Origin: the human T2T-CHM13v2.0 reference genome, Homo sapiens
Reading direction: 5' to 3' (one strand)
Assembly (NCBI RefSeq): GCF_009914755.1
Contig: NC_060925.1
DNA: 64,000 nt
Shown here: piece by piece, positions 48,465 through 62,446 of the stretch
Numbering within the stretch: position 1 is the first letter of the stretch
Layout: every line of letters starts with the position of its first letter
Translations under genes and position numbers: made by a program
The notes under the pieces: model-generated
What the model was told of the DNA's origin: nothing
The model's database searches: none
What the model saw: the letters and a program-made list of their open reading frames with translations, nothing else

Positions 48465-49544
48465 ACTATTGACATTTAAAGTACTTGAAATAAGACATAT
48501 TGCCTTATTTTATTGATTTCATTTTTTTAACATCAGTTGTTGACTTTTTATTTTGTTTTACAAAGTTTAAATATGTTTTTATTATTTATCCTCAAATAGC
48601 ACTGAAAGTATCACAGGATATATAAAAAAGCCTGCCATTTTTTTAATACAATCAGTTTTTCTCTAGAAAAAAATTACAACATGTAAAAAATAATCAAATC
48701 AGTAATTCCATTTCTGCTTCTCTCATATTTCCCTTCATCCTTATTCTTATATTTCATTCTCTTTCCAGTAAACTAGTTATCCCTTCTGTATGCTTAAGAG
48801 TGTGCCTATTTGTACCAATCCCTTGATCCTTCTTACAAAACTTCAGCCAAGTCTAAAGAAAAATAATATCCATAAGGTTTTCTGTTGTGAGCAAAAAAAG
48901 TATTGTTTTCTTCATATTTGAAGCTGGAGCTGAGGAAATGGATAAGCTAAGGGTTTGAGTTATAAGGTGTTATGGAAGAGTGTTAGGGAATAAAATTGTG
49001 TCACTCTCTGGGGAAAGAGTTCTACAGCACTTTATATTTTTTTCCCTAACATATTAAGCCTTTGGTTTCTGTGAAAGGATCATTTGGGTTGGCCCTTCTC
49101 GAATTTGAAACAACATGATGATATATGAGGCTTAATAAAAAGGTCTGTTCTTACTCTCTACACTTGCTACAGCTGATAACAGAGAAATAAAAAGTTATGT
49201 CTTATTCATACATAACAAATGTTCATTTCATTTGTCACATGAAAGAATAAAAGATAATTAAATGAAAGAACAATAGAACAAATAAGCAAGGAATAAATAT
49301 ACAAAAAAATTAATTGTCTGGCCTGTCCAGAATGTAATCATTAATGCATCTGCTTTTTGCCACTCCCCTGTATATCATGCCCTATTCTTGGTGGATCTAG
49401 AATTGATGGCTAAGAATGGATGCAAAGCAATTTTTATCATTATCTTCTGGTGACGTCACACTAGCAGTGATAGAGAGACCTTCCATGGTCACTGAGTTTC
49501 CAGACGTTTGAAATGTTTCTGGACAGACTAGACAGGAGCCAGTG

Positions 49545-49760
49545 TTTTTTTTTTTATTATTATTATACTTTAAGTTTTGGCACACATGTGCACAACATGC
49601 AGGTTTGTTACCTAGGTATACATGTGCCATGTTGGTTTGCTACACCCATCAACTCGTCATTTACATTAGGTATTTCTCCTAATGCTATCCCTCCCCCAGG
49701 CCCCCACCCCCTGGCAGGCCCTGGTGTGTGATGTTCTCCTCCCCGTGTCCATGTGTTCTT
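49545..49760 (-). mobile_element. L1PA (roughly PA5-7) 3'UTR only
   Basis: ttattattatactttaagtttt...tgcacaacatgcaggtttgttac...tcctaatgctatccctccccc...tgtccatgtgttct. Confidence 0.92.
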
Positions 49761-51470
49761 TTTAGGTGTAAAGACCAATGTGAGATAAGCAGAAACATTA
49801 CTGTACTTAAGATTCAAAAATTTCTAGTTTTACAAAATATTATGTCCTGACCCTATAAGAGTGCATGTACTCAACATAATGGATATATCTCATATAATGC
49901 CATTATGAAAAAGAAACATTAGCTGAAAAGGTAGTTGTCATAGAAGTATATAAATGGAATACAATCTTATTTTCTGTTAGACTATTAGGTACTACCAAAC
50001 AACTACAAGAAGGAAATGACAACTATATTGAAGAAAGATGAATACAGAGATGATAGCCAGCAGCAATTAATTTTTTAAAACAAATAAAGTAAGCGTTATC
50101 AACACTTTCCATTGAACAATGTTGTAATAGTGTATAGAGGAATATATTGCTTGCTGATAGGAATCCATTGGTTCAACAAGAATGAAACAAATCGATTGAC
50201 TCTATCAATGCCATTTTACACACACAAAAAAAGTAAAAGGAAACTCCTTTGAAGCCATAAGTGCCTGTGTCTATATAGCTAAGTTAGTAGTGTACCAACG
50301 AGCCATACATATGCATGGGTGATGGGCATCAAAAGCTTCATCAGCTATCAAATACATCCACTGATGGCTTTTCTGTCTCTAAAATTCCTCTCATTATTAA
50401 TTATTCTTTCAGTTGAAGGCATTTTTTTCCCTAGAAACTCTTCCTTAAAATGAATATGCTCAAACGGAGAAGTAACACATATAAACCTGTTGGTACTTTT
50501 TTCCCTTAAGGCCTAAAGACAAGTCCTAGTTCCACCATTCTGTGAGCCTAAGCAAATTACTTGGCCTCATTTCAACAGGCATGATTTTTTTTCTTTGATA
50601 AATTTGTCAGACCTAAGGAACTCATAGCGAGAGAAGCAGATATTGGCAAAATAAAGCAAAATCAGGTTTTTAATGAGGGTTACTGAATAGATGTTTTGAT
50701 GACTTCCAAACTTCAAGTTTCATCACAGTTTGCCTACATGTGAGCACCTAAATGTGAGCATTATTTATGATCCTTGCTTCCTGTGGATTCTTTCACTACA
50801 GAAAATCAACAGTTAAAAACTATTACCTTTACTTGGAACAATGAGGCCAATAATCATTTCCCTAGAGAAAACATCAGTCAGCACTGCAATATCCTTTCAA
50901 ATATAACAGGTAGAAGCAAGTCAGGTTAGAGAAAAGTGTTAATTTATTTATAGCATGACAGAGAGAAAATCAGAGATGCAATAAGTTTGCACATTTCAAC
51001 ACAAGTCATTGACCCTGCCAAATATTTAAGAAAGTAGATTTATTTCATAAGCTATGAAAATAATTTTAGTCTTAACACTTGCTTGGCCACCCACCTACCC
51101 TGAAAATTTCTGGCATTTACACCATTTTTTTCTTTGAAAACTTACAAAAAGTCGAATCCCTTGTCCTTGATTCTCAAATCATACTCTGGGGAAAACATGC
51201 CTTCAGCTAATGATGGAGGTCAGTTGCAGGAATACTCAACAAGTTATATAGAATGTTTTTTAATGGAAGATGTGGTTGGCATTCAGTCAATTAGTAAATA
51301 TAAACTGAATGACAAAACATTCTGTGTAGTCATTACTTTAAAAGCTGGGAATATAAGGGTGAACAGGTCATCCAAGGTCCCTGTTCTCATTGGTACAAAA
51401 AATAAAAAAGTAAACATAGACTAGGATATCAGATAATTACACATGCTTTGCAGGGGGAAGTAAAATAGAG

Positions 51471-51673
51471 CAAGTTTTCTAAAAGTTGGCACTACTGCTA
51501 TTTTGGACCATATAATTCTTTGTGTGTGTGGCTGTGGTCCTGCACATTGTAGGATGTTTAGAGCATCTGTGGCATCTATCATTAAATACCAGTAGCAGTC
51601 AACACTCAACAATTTTGTAAGCATTTCCAAATAACCTGTAGGAGGCCACATTGCCCCCGATGGAGAAACGTTG
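51471..51673. mobile_element. MER20 hAT DNA transposon inserted in an L2
   Basis: ggcactactgctattttggaccatataattctttg...cattgtaggatgtttagagcatc...cattgcccccgatggagaaac. Confidence 0.82.
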
Positions 51674-51674
51674 A

Positions 51675-52135
51675 AGTAAAATGATGTGATAGAGAGTTAC
51701 TGCCTGCTCACTGGATGAATGCAATTTGATGGTCACTAAAAGTCATTTAAGTGGAGACCTTAATGTCATCAAAGAGGCTTCCATGTTAACATAGGGAAAA
51801 AGGAATCTTGGCAAAGAGAACAGTTAGTGCAAGTGAGTCCAAGGCAGAATAAGAATAAAAAGACTGAAAGGAGGCAAGTAGGGGAAGAGAAGCATGAGAT
51901 GAGTGGAAAGTGGAAGTCAGTTCACATGTAGATTTTAACTAGGGTAAGACGTTTTTATTTTATTCTAAGCATAACGAAATGACATTAGGGGACTTTTCAA
52001 CAATTAAGTGCTATTATCTGGTTGTGCTTTTAGAAGATCACTCTGGCTTCTCTCTGGAGAATAGATTGAGGAGGCATGAGTAGAAAATGGAAGATAAGTT
52101 AGGAGGTAACAACTCACGAACTGAGATGATGATTG
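51675..52135 (-). mobile_element. L2 fragment
   Basis: ggcaaagagaacagttagtgcaag...ttttattctaag...atctggttgtgcttttagaagatcactctggct. Confidence 0.65.
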
Positions 52136-52635
52136 TCTCAATTATTTGCAAATAGAATGTTTTCTTCCCATTCCCTTCCCTTGTACATAGACCACCTCCT
52201 CCGTTTCCTAACCTTAGAAAAACATTTTCTTACCTTCAGAAATATGGTAAATTATTTTAATTTATTTTTATTAATTTAATTTATCCACGTATTATTTTAT
52301 TTTTAAGTAAAATTACATAGCATTAAAGGATTGAAATGATATATGATCTCTGTCATTAAGGGTATCTTATACTTTTCAATGAGCATGCTTCATATGATAA
52401 TACGTCATGTATATAATTTTCATTTCCTACAGTCAAAAATAAAGTTTAGAATTTGCTAATCTTGTCTGTGTAACAGCAAAAAACAATGGGAATAAATAGC
52501 CGTTGAATTTAGATAGATGTGGGTTTTTTGTTAATTGGTCTTGGGCAAGCCTTTTTAACATTGCTTTATTTCTTTACTTAGCTACAAAATATAGGAACTA
52601 TTGTGTTGTGTGGGTCAGAAAAAAATTGGCATACA

Positions 52636-52935
52636 TTTTTTTTATTTTTTAAAAGCTTTATTTAGAAATAACCATAATACAATAAGCTGCACACTCTTAA
52701 ATGCAATTTTATAAGTTTTACCATAGGAATACACCCATTGAATTATCACCACATTCAAGATCAGGAATATATCCATCACCTCTAAAAGTTTCCTTGTGTA
52801 CCTTTGCAATATTTCCCTTTTGTTCCTCTCTGTAAGTCCTACCTCCAGGCAACTACAGCTTCTTTTGTCATCCCACATTAGTTTGTTTTTCCTAGTATTT
52901 TATATAAATGGAATCATAGAAAATGTACTTTTCCT
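52636..52935 (-). mobile_element. Old L1M 3'UTR
   Basis: gctttatttagaaataa...atatccatcacctctaaaagtttccttgtg...ttttatataaatggaatcata. Confidence 0.8.
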
Positions 52936-52939
52936 AGAA

Positions 52940-55072
52940 AGTTTCTGAAAAAAAAAACTGCTGTAATTTTTATCTTTGTTCCTCTATATTATGTCTTTTT
53001 CATCTAGCTGCTATTAAGATATTACTCTCTCTTCACTGGTTTTTAGTAATTTGACTGTAATGTGCCTGGTTGTGATTGCTGTTGTTTTAATCTTTATTGG
53101 GCTTAGAATTCATTGAACATCTTTGGTCTCTTGGTGTTGTAACATAAAAATATATTTGGTATTTGTCCCCAGTTTCTGGCACAGAGCTCCTAAAACCCTT
53201 GGAATTTCCTGAGTGATAATAAGAGTGTCATTTGTCATAATGAGACAACTTTTGGCTGGCCCCTGATAGATTCAGGTTGGGGGCTGCTCAGCTAAAAGAT
53301 CAAACCTCAATTAGAAATTTGGAACTTTCAGCTCCACCTGCCAGTCTTTGGAAAAGGGCAAGGGGCTAGAGAACGAGCTAATCATGAATGGTTAATGATT
53401 TAATCAATCATGCCTGTGTAATAAAACATTCATAAAACCCCCTATCCAACAGGGCTCAGGGAGCTTCTGAAGACATCCACATGCCAGGACTGTGGTGTAC
53501 CCCAGCTCCACAGAGACGGAAGTTTCTGTGCTTGGAAGGCTTTCAGACCTCACCCTATGTACCCCATCTCACTATTCACTTGTATCGTTTATAATAAATT
53601 GAAGTGCCTTACAACAAAGTGCCTTCTTGAGTTCTGTGAGCCTCTCCAGGAAATTACAGAACCAGAGAGGGGGAAGTGGGAATCCCCTATTTGTAGCCAG
53701 TTGGGCAAAAGTACAGGTGTCCTCGGATTTGTAATTGGTGTGTAAAGTGGGGGCAGTCTTGTGTAACTCAACTCTAACTTGTGGTATCTGACACTAGTTG
53801 CAGGTTGAGTATTAGAATTGAATTAAATCCTTGGACACCCAGACGGTGTCAGTTCAAGAAGTATCATTGGAAAAGATACCTGTATTTGGTGTCAAGAGGG
53901 AAAAAAAAAGTCCTCTCACCAGGCTTATGGTTTTCATCAAATTTGGAAAATTTTCTATCTACGTTTCTTATTTTAAAAAGAACTTATCTCTCTTTCCTCT
54001 CCCTATGGGTCTCCAGTTACATGAAGATTACAGTGTTTGAAATTGTCCCACAGCTTACTGATGCTGGATTCATTTTTTAAAATTCTCTTTTCTCTGTTTC
54101 ATCATGGACAGTTTCTATGGCTACATCTCCAAATATATTAAATTTTTCTTATGCAATTTAATCTACCTTTAATTGCATCCAGTGGATCACACCATACATC
54201 GTAGTTTTTATCTTAGGAAGTTCATTTAGGGTCTTTTAAAAAATCAGATAGATAGATGATAGTTACATAGATAGAAATATATTTCATGCCTTATTTTTTG
54301 TATAAACAGAATATAGGTATAGAAGTGATTTTAATGGTGCTTTTAACACATGTCAGTTCTGGATCAGTTTTGATTAATTGATTTATTTCCTCTTTTTGCA
54401 TCATATTTTCTTGCTTCTTTGCATTCCTGATGATTTTTCATTGGATGGCATATGTTGTTAGTTTTATTTCATTGGTTGATAGATGCTTTTGTATTCTTAT
54501 GAATATTCTTGAGCTTTGTTCTTGGGTATATTTATGTCACTTGAAAACAGTTTGATCTTTTTGAATCTTGTTTTTAAGACTTCTTCATTGGAACCAGCAC
54601 AATGCTCAGCCCAGAGCTAATTATCCCCTGTTATACCAGGCACAGTTATGTTTACATCTTTTGTGTAATTCTCCAGCCTCTGGTATTTGCTTCATATGTC
54701 AGGGAATACCCTCAGCATCTCTCCCTTTATCTCTCTCTCTCTCATTTTCTTCTTTCTGGTACTTTTTCTTGTGATCTCTAACCACCTTGCTCCCTCTGGA
54801 GTCAGCTTTATCTCCTTTCTTCAGTGAGTCTGTGAGGCTCGACTTGGATTTCACCTCCCTAACCCACAGCCTAGTTACTCTCTCAAAGCAGTAAGGTGAA
54901 GCAGCAGTGTGGTTCTCCCTTGTTTCCTGCCTCTGAGGAATCATCAACCTTCATTGCCTAATGTTCAGTGTTTTCCAAACTGTTTCATATATTCTTGTCA
55001 ATTATTTGGTTATTTCATTGCAAGAGAAAATCTGGTATCTATTATATTACTCTTTGGCTAGAAACAGAAGTC
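52940..55072 (-). mobile_element. Old L1 (L1MC/MD-like) 5' region interrupted by MER21
   Basis: ctgtaatttttatctttgttcctcta...; ttttcatcaaatttggaaaatttt resumes after the LTR; ends ...ggctagaaacagaagtc. Confidence 0.7.
53135..53917 (+). mobile_element. MER21-family LTR
   Basis: atatatttggtatttgtccccagtttctggcacagagctcctaaaacccttggaatttcctgagtgata...tttaatcaatcatgcc...cagacctcaccctatg...attagaattgaatt. Confidence 0.82.
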
Positions 55073-56289
55073 AAGATGTATTTTGAAGATCTGATCGATA
55101 GAAGAATTTCAATAACTAATAATAGCTAAAATTTACTATGTATCAGACTTTTATACTTGGTCTTCTAGAAACAGTAGAACTAATACTAGGTCTTTTACGT
55201 ACATTGTGTAATCTCTGATGCCCTCTCACCACTCATTGCTTCCATTCCTCTCTTTCGGAAAATTTTATTGTTATAGAACCCACACCTTGATCCGTCATTG
55301 CAGATACTCTTGGATTGAACTTTTATCCATGCTGATAAGAGTTAAGGAAATGAGTTAACTACACCATCAGCATTCATCAATTCTGGAGCTCTTTTAGTTT
55401 TCCACTTAATTTTTAGTGTAAGCACATAGTTGCATCACAAGTAAGAAGCGTATGCTGAACTTTACGATTAATAATTTTCTATTTTAAGCAACTGTTATTT
55501 TCAAATTAAAAAAAATACTCTTCAAAACACAATGTTAGTCTTCTCAGTATTTTGATAACTTATTTCCAGAATGCATCCTCACGAAATCTCTGTAGGCTGG
55601 GCTTTTGTCATTATTGTTATTATTTTCTTTGAAAACACTCTGATGGATCTAAACTTGCCATCCTTTTCCTCCTCTTTCTGTTTGATACACACTTGGATTA
55701 TAGCATAGTTTCTAGTTTTTATTTTGAAATCTTGAATAGAACAATATTCTATGCCAAATGATGTCAATATCACTGCTCCTCCTCAGTGATAGAAGAATTG
55801 ACTTTATCTGCTCAGCATCTCTCTACTTCTACATAAGTGAGATTTGTTTTTGTGTCTCTGATCAATCTGGTTAAAAAAATTAACAAAAATGCCATCCTCA
55901 ACAAGTGGACATGTGCTGAAAAATTTATCAAAGATAACTTCTTAATACTGATGCTTGGAAAGAATGCTGGATGACAAATTGCTGCTGTTGTGAGTTATTG
56001 GAGTTAGTATTTAGAAAACTTAGACAGTACTTACGTGATCCTTATTCAAGTACAGCTGTTACTGTCAAGTGTTAGCTGGAATTTATTTTTTTTTCTGTGA
56101 AACCCAGACTCTAAGTAGTTCTTTTATACTTTCTGCAAGTAATCATAAAGTGTGGATTTTTTTATCCCCACCCAGTTTGAGAGTGAGTAAGAAAAAGAGA
56201 AATTCTGAGAGATCCTTCTGATTTTGCTCTGTGTATCGCACAAATACAACTACTTCTTTGCTCTGCAGGGTGCCACATGATAACTGCAT

Positions 56290-56825
56290 TAAGCATGATT
56301 CTTTGCTTTCGAAGTGCTAGGAACTCAGTTTAAACTAGTTAAACAAAAAGGGAAATTTACTGTTTTAAGTACTGAAGATTCCGAAGTTAGGAGCTGGTGG
56401 TAAGAACTCAGACATTGTCATCAGAATTCACAAGCCCTACATTTCTTGGTAATGCTTTCTTTTATGTTGTTTTTACTATCAAGAAGGTTCTCTCTACGTG
56501 ATTGTAAAGATAGATCCCACATCACCAGGCTCATATTATTCTTAATGTCTTTAATCTCAGAAAGATTGAGGCTTCTTCTTTCCAGCATCAATATCAATTT
56601 TCCCCCAAAAGCTTTGATAGGTCCTGCAGTCACATGTCCATCTCTAGGGCAATCAGTGTAGCCAAAGGAATGAGGTAATAGGATGAAGTCCCCATCCCAT
56701 GTTCAACTTGGACAAGACAGAGTAGAGTCAGCCTATCCTAACTACGAAGAGCAGTTCCTCCCAATACATACTGAATTCCACAGAAGAAAAAAAAATGCTA
56801 CGCATGTAAAAAATACATACCACTA
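56290..56825 (-). mobile_element. Old MLT1 (K/L-like) LTR
   Basis: aactcagtttaaactagttaaacaaaaagggaaatttactg...gtcacatgtccatctctagggcaatcagtgtagccaaagg. Confidence 0.6.
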
Positions 56826-58539
56826 ATCCTTCAGGTATGCTTCCCTGACATGTGTTACTCTACGTGACCTAATATAGTGCATAGCCTGAACCCTCTTAGG
56901 TTCAGCAAATATGGGACCTTTACTATGGTTAGTATGTGACTGAGAGCTACAACATCAGCAAGATGCCAGAATTCTTGCTAACTTGTTTATTTCTGCCCCT
57001 TATCAATAATCAATAGCTCCAATTAGGTACCATTTGTGAGATGAGGCTAGATTTTATTTTCTGCATTACTGTATAAAACTTTGTTATTTTGTCCCCTCCA
57101 TTCCTACCTACTTCCTTTCAGTTTCCTATCTGGATGCTCTTCTATTTCTTATAATTTATACTTTTTGATGTTAAAAATGTTAAGGTGATTTCTAAGTGTG
57201 CATAATTTTAATATACCATATAAAAACAAATAAGTAATAACCACTTTGAATTAAACATCAATAAAATAAATTCAGGATATGCCAAAAGATTCATAAACTG
57301 AGAAGCTGAATTGCTAAAGCTTTGATAAAAGATTGCATTAGTACTCACACTTCAGACATTTATTAGGAATTACTAGGTTACTAAAATATGTCAATAATCC
57401 ATGGAGAAAAAATCAAGAGAAGTAGCTATCACTCAATTCATTTTCAAGGAGATTGCAGACTGACTTGGAAGAGGCACAATCACCAAAACAAGCACAAATA
57501 CAAGAAAGAACAGAGTCCATTTTCTTCTGTGCTGTGGTGCAAGCATAACAGAAAATAAATTCATAAAATGGACAGAAGTCCTCAGAGTGGAGTGCACTGG
57601 TAGGAAAAGCAAGACTTGTGTAGTCTGAAAGAAAATAACTGTATTCATGGAGGGCATTTCAGGCTAAGGGCAAAGGATAAAGGTATAACACAAAGGCAAA
57701 AGCGATCTTATTCCACATGTGGTTAAGGGACAGTCCTTAATCTGCTAAAGTGGAATATTGAGTTTATGTTAAAGAACAGTGAGAAATGCCTTGAGAACAG
57801 CCAGTGGGGTGCGAAGCCTTGTAAGTATGAAAAGTTAGGAAGCAACTGGAGAGGCTGGGATTAGAAAGAGACACATTAGAAAGAGGCAACAAAGTTTGGC
57901 ATAACAAAGTTTGGCTAAGCAAGAAGTCATAAGCCTGGACCATTCAATATGGGACAGGTATATGAAATCCATTCAGGCAAGTCAGCATTTAGGCTCATGC
58001 TTTGCAACAAAAAAGAGCTTAGAAGAGTTTCTAATGTGAGCAGGCAGACCAGAATTATCCAGTCAAAAAGGAAGGCACTGACTGAAGTGGGTTGCTTATA
58101 TAGGCAACGATCCAAGAGACCAGGGTGGGTGGAATGTTGATTTATTTCAATTCAACTCAATCAATATACAACCAACATCCAGAAGTAAGAGACATGTGCA
58201 AAAATTTTGGAGACACAGAGGAATAAAATAACACATTGGAGTCCAGGCAGAGTAACTGGAAGGGTAAATTAGGGAGATGAAACTAGAAGCAGGACCTTCC
58301 TTGCTACTGAGAAAACTACTGCTGAGGTTTATGTTTCCTAGTGACTCCCATCTCATGACAAACTGAAGCTGCATGTGGGTAAGATGGAGACCACAGACTT
58401 ACCCCATTAGAACAGTTCTATATTCTGACTTTCTATCTTTTCTTACATGTTCTCAACATATTTTTTACTGACACTCTTTCAAAAAATCTTTCACCAAAAT
58501 CTAACGTTGCTTTTTTCTCTTTTGATTTTCGAGTAGGAA

Positions 58540-58720
58540 CTTTACTGGCTGTGTGATTTTTAGACAATTTTCATAAGCTCTCTGAACTTCATATTACTCC
58601 TCTGTAAAGAAAGGAACATTGATTGCCTCTCAGAGTTTTTAGCACTAAATAATGTAAAAATATATCACAGTAAGCAGCACAGAGTTATACAAGGTATGTG
58701 CTCATTAGCGTAAGTTTTCT
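58540..58720 (+). mobile_element. MIR
   Basis: tactggctgtgtgatttttagacaattttcataagctctctgaacttcatattactcctctgtaaa. Confidence 0.65.
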
Positions 58721-58939
58721 TCAGCTCTTCACTACTCCCTTTCTCAAAAGTTATTCTTTCTGTAGTGATAGTCCACCTGGGAGGGAAATTTGATGGTCCA
58801 CCTGGGAGAGGAGGAGAAGGATAAGGGAGCTAGGAGCAGGCATTTCTTGCAGTATTAATGTGACAGTGCATACCTACCATCCAATTCTGACAGAAGAACA
58901 TGATAGAGAAGAAATGGAAACTTTTTTTTTACCACGGCT

Positions 58940-59470
58940 TAAAACTTTTTTGTGATCTGGCCAGTTCTGTGACCTCTTATTCTACTTGCTCACACCCTCT
59001 CCTTTTTCTCCTCTACTCCAAGCATACTGGCCTCCTTTCCTCTCGCCAAACATAAGACTCTCCTACCCCAGGGATTTTGCACAGGGTGCTGCCTCTGCCT
59101 GACATGCTCCTCACACCACCAGTTGTGTGCAAAATTTCTCTCTGCCTTTACAGCTTTGTTCCAATAACACCTTCTCAATGAGGCTCCTCTCACAAAAGTA
59201 TTTAAATTGAAACATCTTCTTCCTTGCCCTATCATTCCCAATCCACTTTACCAGGTTTTATTCTTTTTCACCTAAACTAATCATAATCAAATCAAATCTA
59301 GTCTAGCCACCTTATATTATATAATGTATTATTATGCTTAATATTTATCTTCTGTCTTCTTTACTGGAGTGAAAGCTCTAGAAGATGCTTTTTTCTATTT
59401 TGCTCACTATTTGTATCCCATGCTTTGGCATGGGGTAGGCTTTTAATAAATACCTGTTGATTAATGAAGG
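58940..59470 (+). mobile_element. L2 3' portion
   Basis: tgtgatctggcc...actccaagcatactggcctcc...agggattttgcac...caccttctcaatgaggc...ttaataaatacctgttgattaatgaa. Confidence 0.8.
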
Positions 59471-59545
59471 TTGTGATTTACGGTAAAAATCTAAGAGATT
59501 TGCATTGGTAAATTAACAAAACTCATTAAGAGATGTAGCTGAATA

Positions 59546-59809
59546 ATTTTTGTTGTTGTTTTTGTTGTTTTTAGACAGAGTGTTGCTATTGCCCAGGCTG
59601 GAGTGCAGTGGTGCAATCTTGGCTCACTGAAAACTCCGACTCTGGGGCTCAAGTGATTCTTCCACCTCAGCCTCCCTAGTAGCTGGGACCATAGGTGCAT
59701 GCCACCATCATGCCTGGCTAATTTTTGTTTTTTTGTTTTGTTTTGTTTTGTTTTTTGGTTTTTGGTTTTTTTTTTTTGTAAAGATGGGGTTTTTCCATGT
59801 TTCCCAGCC
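59546..59809 (-). mobile_element. AluJ, 5'-truncated, with expanded middle (TTTTG)n linker
   Basis: gacagagtgttgctattgcccaggctgg...ggctcaagtgattcttccacctcagcc; degenerate TSD tagctgaata / tagttgaata. Confidence 0.88.
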
Positions 59810-60792
59810 TAGTTGAATAGTTTTAATGAGAAAAGAATCTTTTTTATTGAGAGACAATAACTTATGAGAGAGTCCAAAACTAACTTTGAAATAAAAATTG
59901 ATAAAAATTAATCAAAGTAATTTCAAAGTGGAAAAATGACTGTTAAACCTGGTCATTGAAATAGGGGATCAGAAAGATTAATTTGGTGACAGATACAAAT
60001 TCTAATACCAAGAGGAAAAGGAGATCTCCTTTAAAAACTGGTTTTTACAAGAAGATACAAACAACCTTGAGTCATTAGTTGGAAAGATAACTAGAACATG
60101 TACAAGTTTTTTGGAGAAAATATTATTTGTTCAGATAAGTAGATGGTAAAAATAAGAGCAGCAGAGGGAGCTGCTTTGAGAGTTGATTACATTAGTAGTG
60201 AAAACAACAGGAAATGATTTGGAAAAAGAGACAATAGTCAGAGACCATAGAAATAGGTCTACATGTCTAACGTGCAATTCATGCCAAAATGATAGCAATG
60301 GTAACCATGACTTTCAAAAAATGAATCGAGTAAAACTTAATAGGACTTCTGGCTTGAACTAAGATTTCTGAATGATAGTTTTCAAGTCATATAAGATGCA
60401 AATTACTATCATAATTTTATTGAATATATATGTTTTATATATATAATTTGACTTTTCAAATTATATGTGTATATATAGTATAAATTTATATATATATATA
60501 TATATATATAAATTTGAAAAGTCTGTATGGCTTTCCATACTCTGCAAACACATTTTTGAAAGCCATTTTAAATTCACTTCCACATTTTCCAAAATAGTAT
60601 CAAACAGACTATTACCTTCTACAATTAATATGAAAAGTCACAAAATGTAAATAAAAAGTTATTCTCAATATTCACAAACATCTGTTTTAACTAGCTTTAG
60701 TATCAAAATTGTTTGGCATTTAAATCTAAGAGTCTTCTTGAGACACCCCTACAGTTTTCATAGGGACATATGCTACTGGTGTAGTGAAGCAT

Positions 60793-60795
<3 letters not shown>

Positions 60796-60840
<45 letters not shown>
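60796..60840. repeat. (TG)n microsatellite
   Basis: Seen directly. Confidence 0.97.
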
Positions 60841-60844
<4 letters not shown>

Positions 60845-61952
60845 AACTTGATTATACAAAGAAATTACCATGGAAAAGAAAGCTAAAGGTCAATAGCAAG
60901 TAAGAAATTGTTTAATTTTGTCATTACTGGGCTTTTTACTTTTTTTGTTCCTAATAAGCATTGAGGCTCAGAAAGCACGAATAGAAACTTGTGGGATTTT
61001 GTTCTTAAATGGATTAGTGCTTTCAACAATTTAATGAAGATAAGATCAAGGTTATCATTCTTATTAACAACATATTCTAGGTCCAGAAGGTAAATTTTAC
61101 ATGGTGAATTTTATGTGGTATGTATTCTAGAGCTTCTCCTCTCATTTTTGAAAAAAATACCATATGACATATTTTGTAGAATAATACGTAGAAATCAACT
61201 CTGAGCACTGTTCTTCCAGAAGCCCCCTCTACTCAGAGTGGCTCTACTGCCAAATGACCATCACTGCATGATTACATGATGGTGGAACTCAGCATTTGTG
61301 ATTAGCACTTAGGGTGAGGAGTATTCACCCTGGTGTCTGAAATTATACTTTTCAAAAACCATTCTGGGTCTTTTTAAAAAGGCAGAGCCAATGTAAGGGA
61401 TATGTTCAAAATAAACTTAACAGAACTATTGCTAATAGAGATAATTATTTTGGTTAAGAGCAATAAGTGGAAAAGGACAATTTCTTCAACATAAAGACAA
61501 GATTTTTCTTTTTTTAAAAATACAAATTTCCTTTAAAAAGCACACATCTTTTTTCTTGGCTGTTCATCAGTAGAGCAGGCAAAACTGGACTTGCCGAAAG
61601 TGATCATTGCTATTACCTTCCTCTGCAGGAGAAGATGCAACACTGATATATTGTTTTCATATACAGCATCTTCTGACTCCACAGGCTTTGCTAGTGCATA
61701 ACAATTACACAGCACTGATATAAAACTGTCAAGATTTAGTTTTAAGGTCGTTTAAGTTTGGGATTAGTACTTTAAAAACTTGATATCTTCCCTTATTCAC
61801 CAGTGAACAAAGGGGAGAGTCAATTTAGCATGGTCACTTATTAGACTTCTATTTGCATCCTTATTGTGGAGATACTAATTGACTCAAATTGAAGCCTCCA
61901 GTTTTCATGAGGCATTGGTGTTTATTATCAATGATAAAGAATTCACATTTCG

Positions 61953-62266
61953 GGCCGGGAGTGATGGCTCACATTTATAATCCCAGCATTTTGGGAAACC
62001 GAGGCAGTGGATCTCTTGAGTCGAGACCAGCCTGGGCAACATGGTGAAACACCATCTCTACTAAAAATACAGAAATTAGCTGGACATGGTGGCACACGCC
62101 TATAGTCGCAGCTACTTGGAGGACTGAGGTGGGAGAATCGCTTGGGTCCGAGAAGTAGGGGCTGCAGTGAGCCGACATTGCAAGCCGAGATTGTAGCACT
62201 GCATTCCAGCTTGGGTGACAAAGTGAGACCTTATCTAAAACAAACAAACAAACAACAACAAAAAAA
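61953..62266 (+). mobile_element. AluJ-like element with a small deletion and a small internal duplication
   Basis: ggccgggagtgatggctcac...gaccagcctgggcaacatggtgaaac...gagccgacattgcaagccgagattg; (CAAA)n tail; TSD remnant acatttc. Confidence 0.9.
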
Positions 62267-62409
62267 CCCCATACATTTCACAAGTATATAAGAAATTGAA
62301 GATATCTTGATTTTCTATCATGGACCCAGTCTCAGCCAATGTGTTCAATTTTATACTAATCAGTTACTGCCTTAAATTAATTAGCCACATTCGACACATT
62401 ACTGAATGC

Positions 62410-62443
<34 letters not shown>

Positions 62444-62446
62444 CGC
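62410..62446. repeat. (TG)n(CG)n alternating purine-pyrimidine tract
   Basis: Seen directly. Confidence 0.95.
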
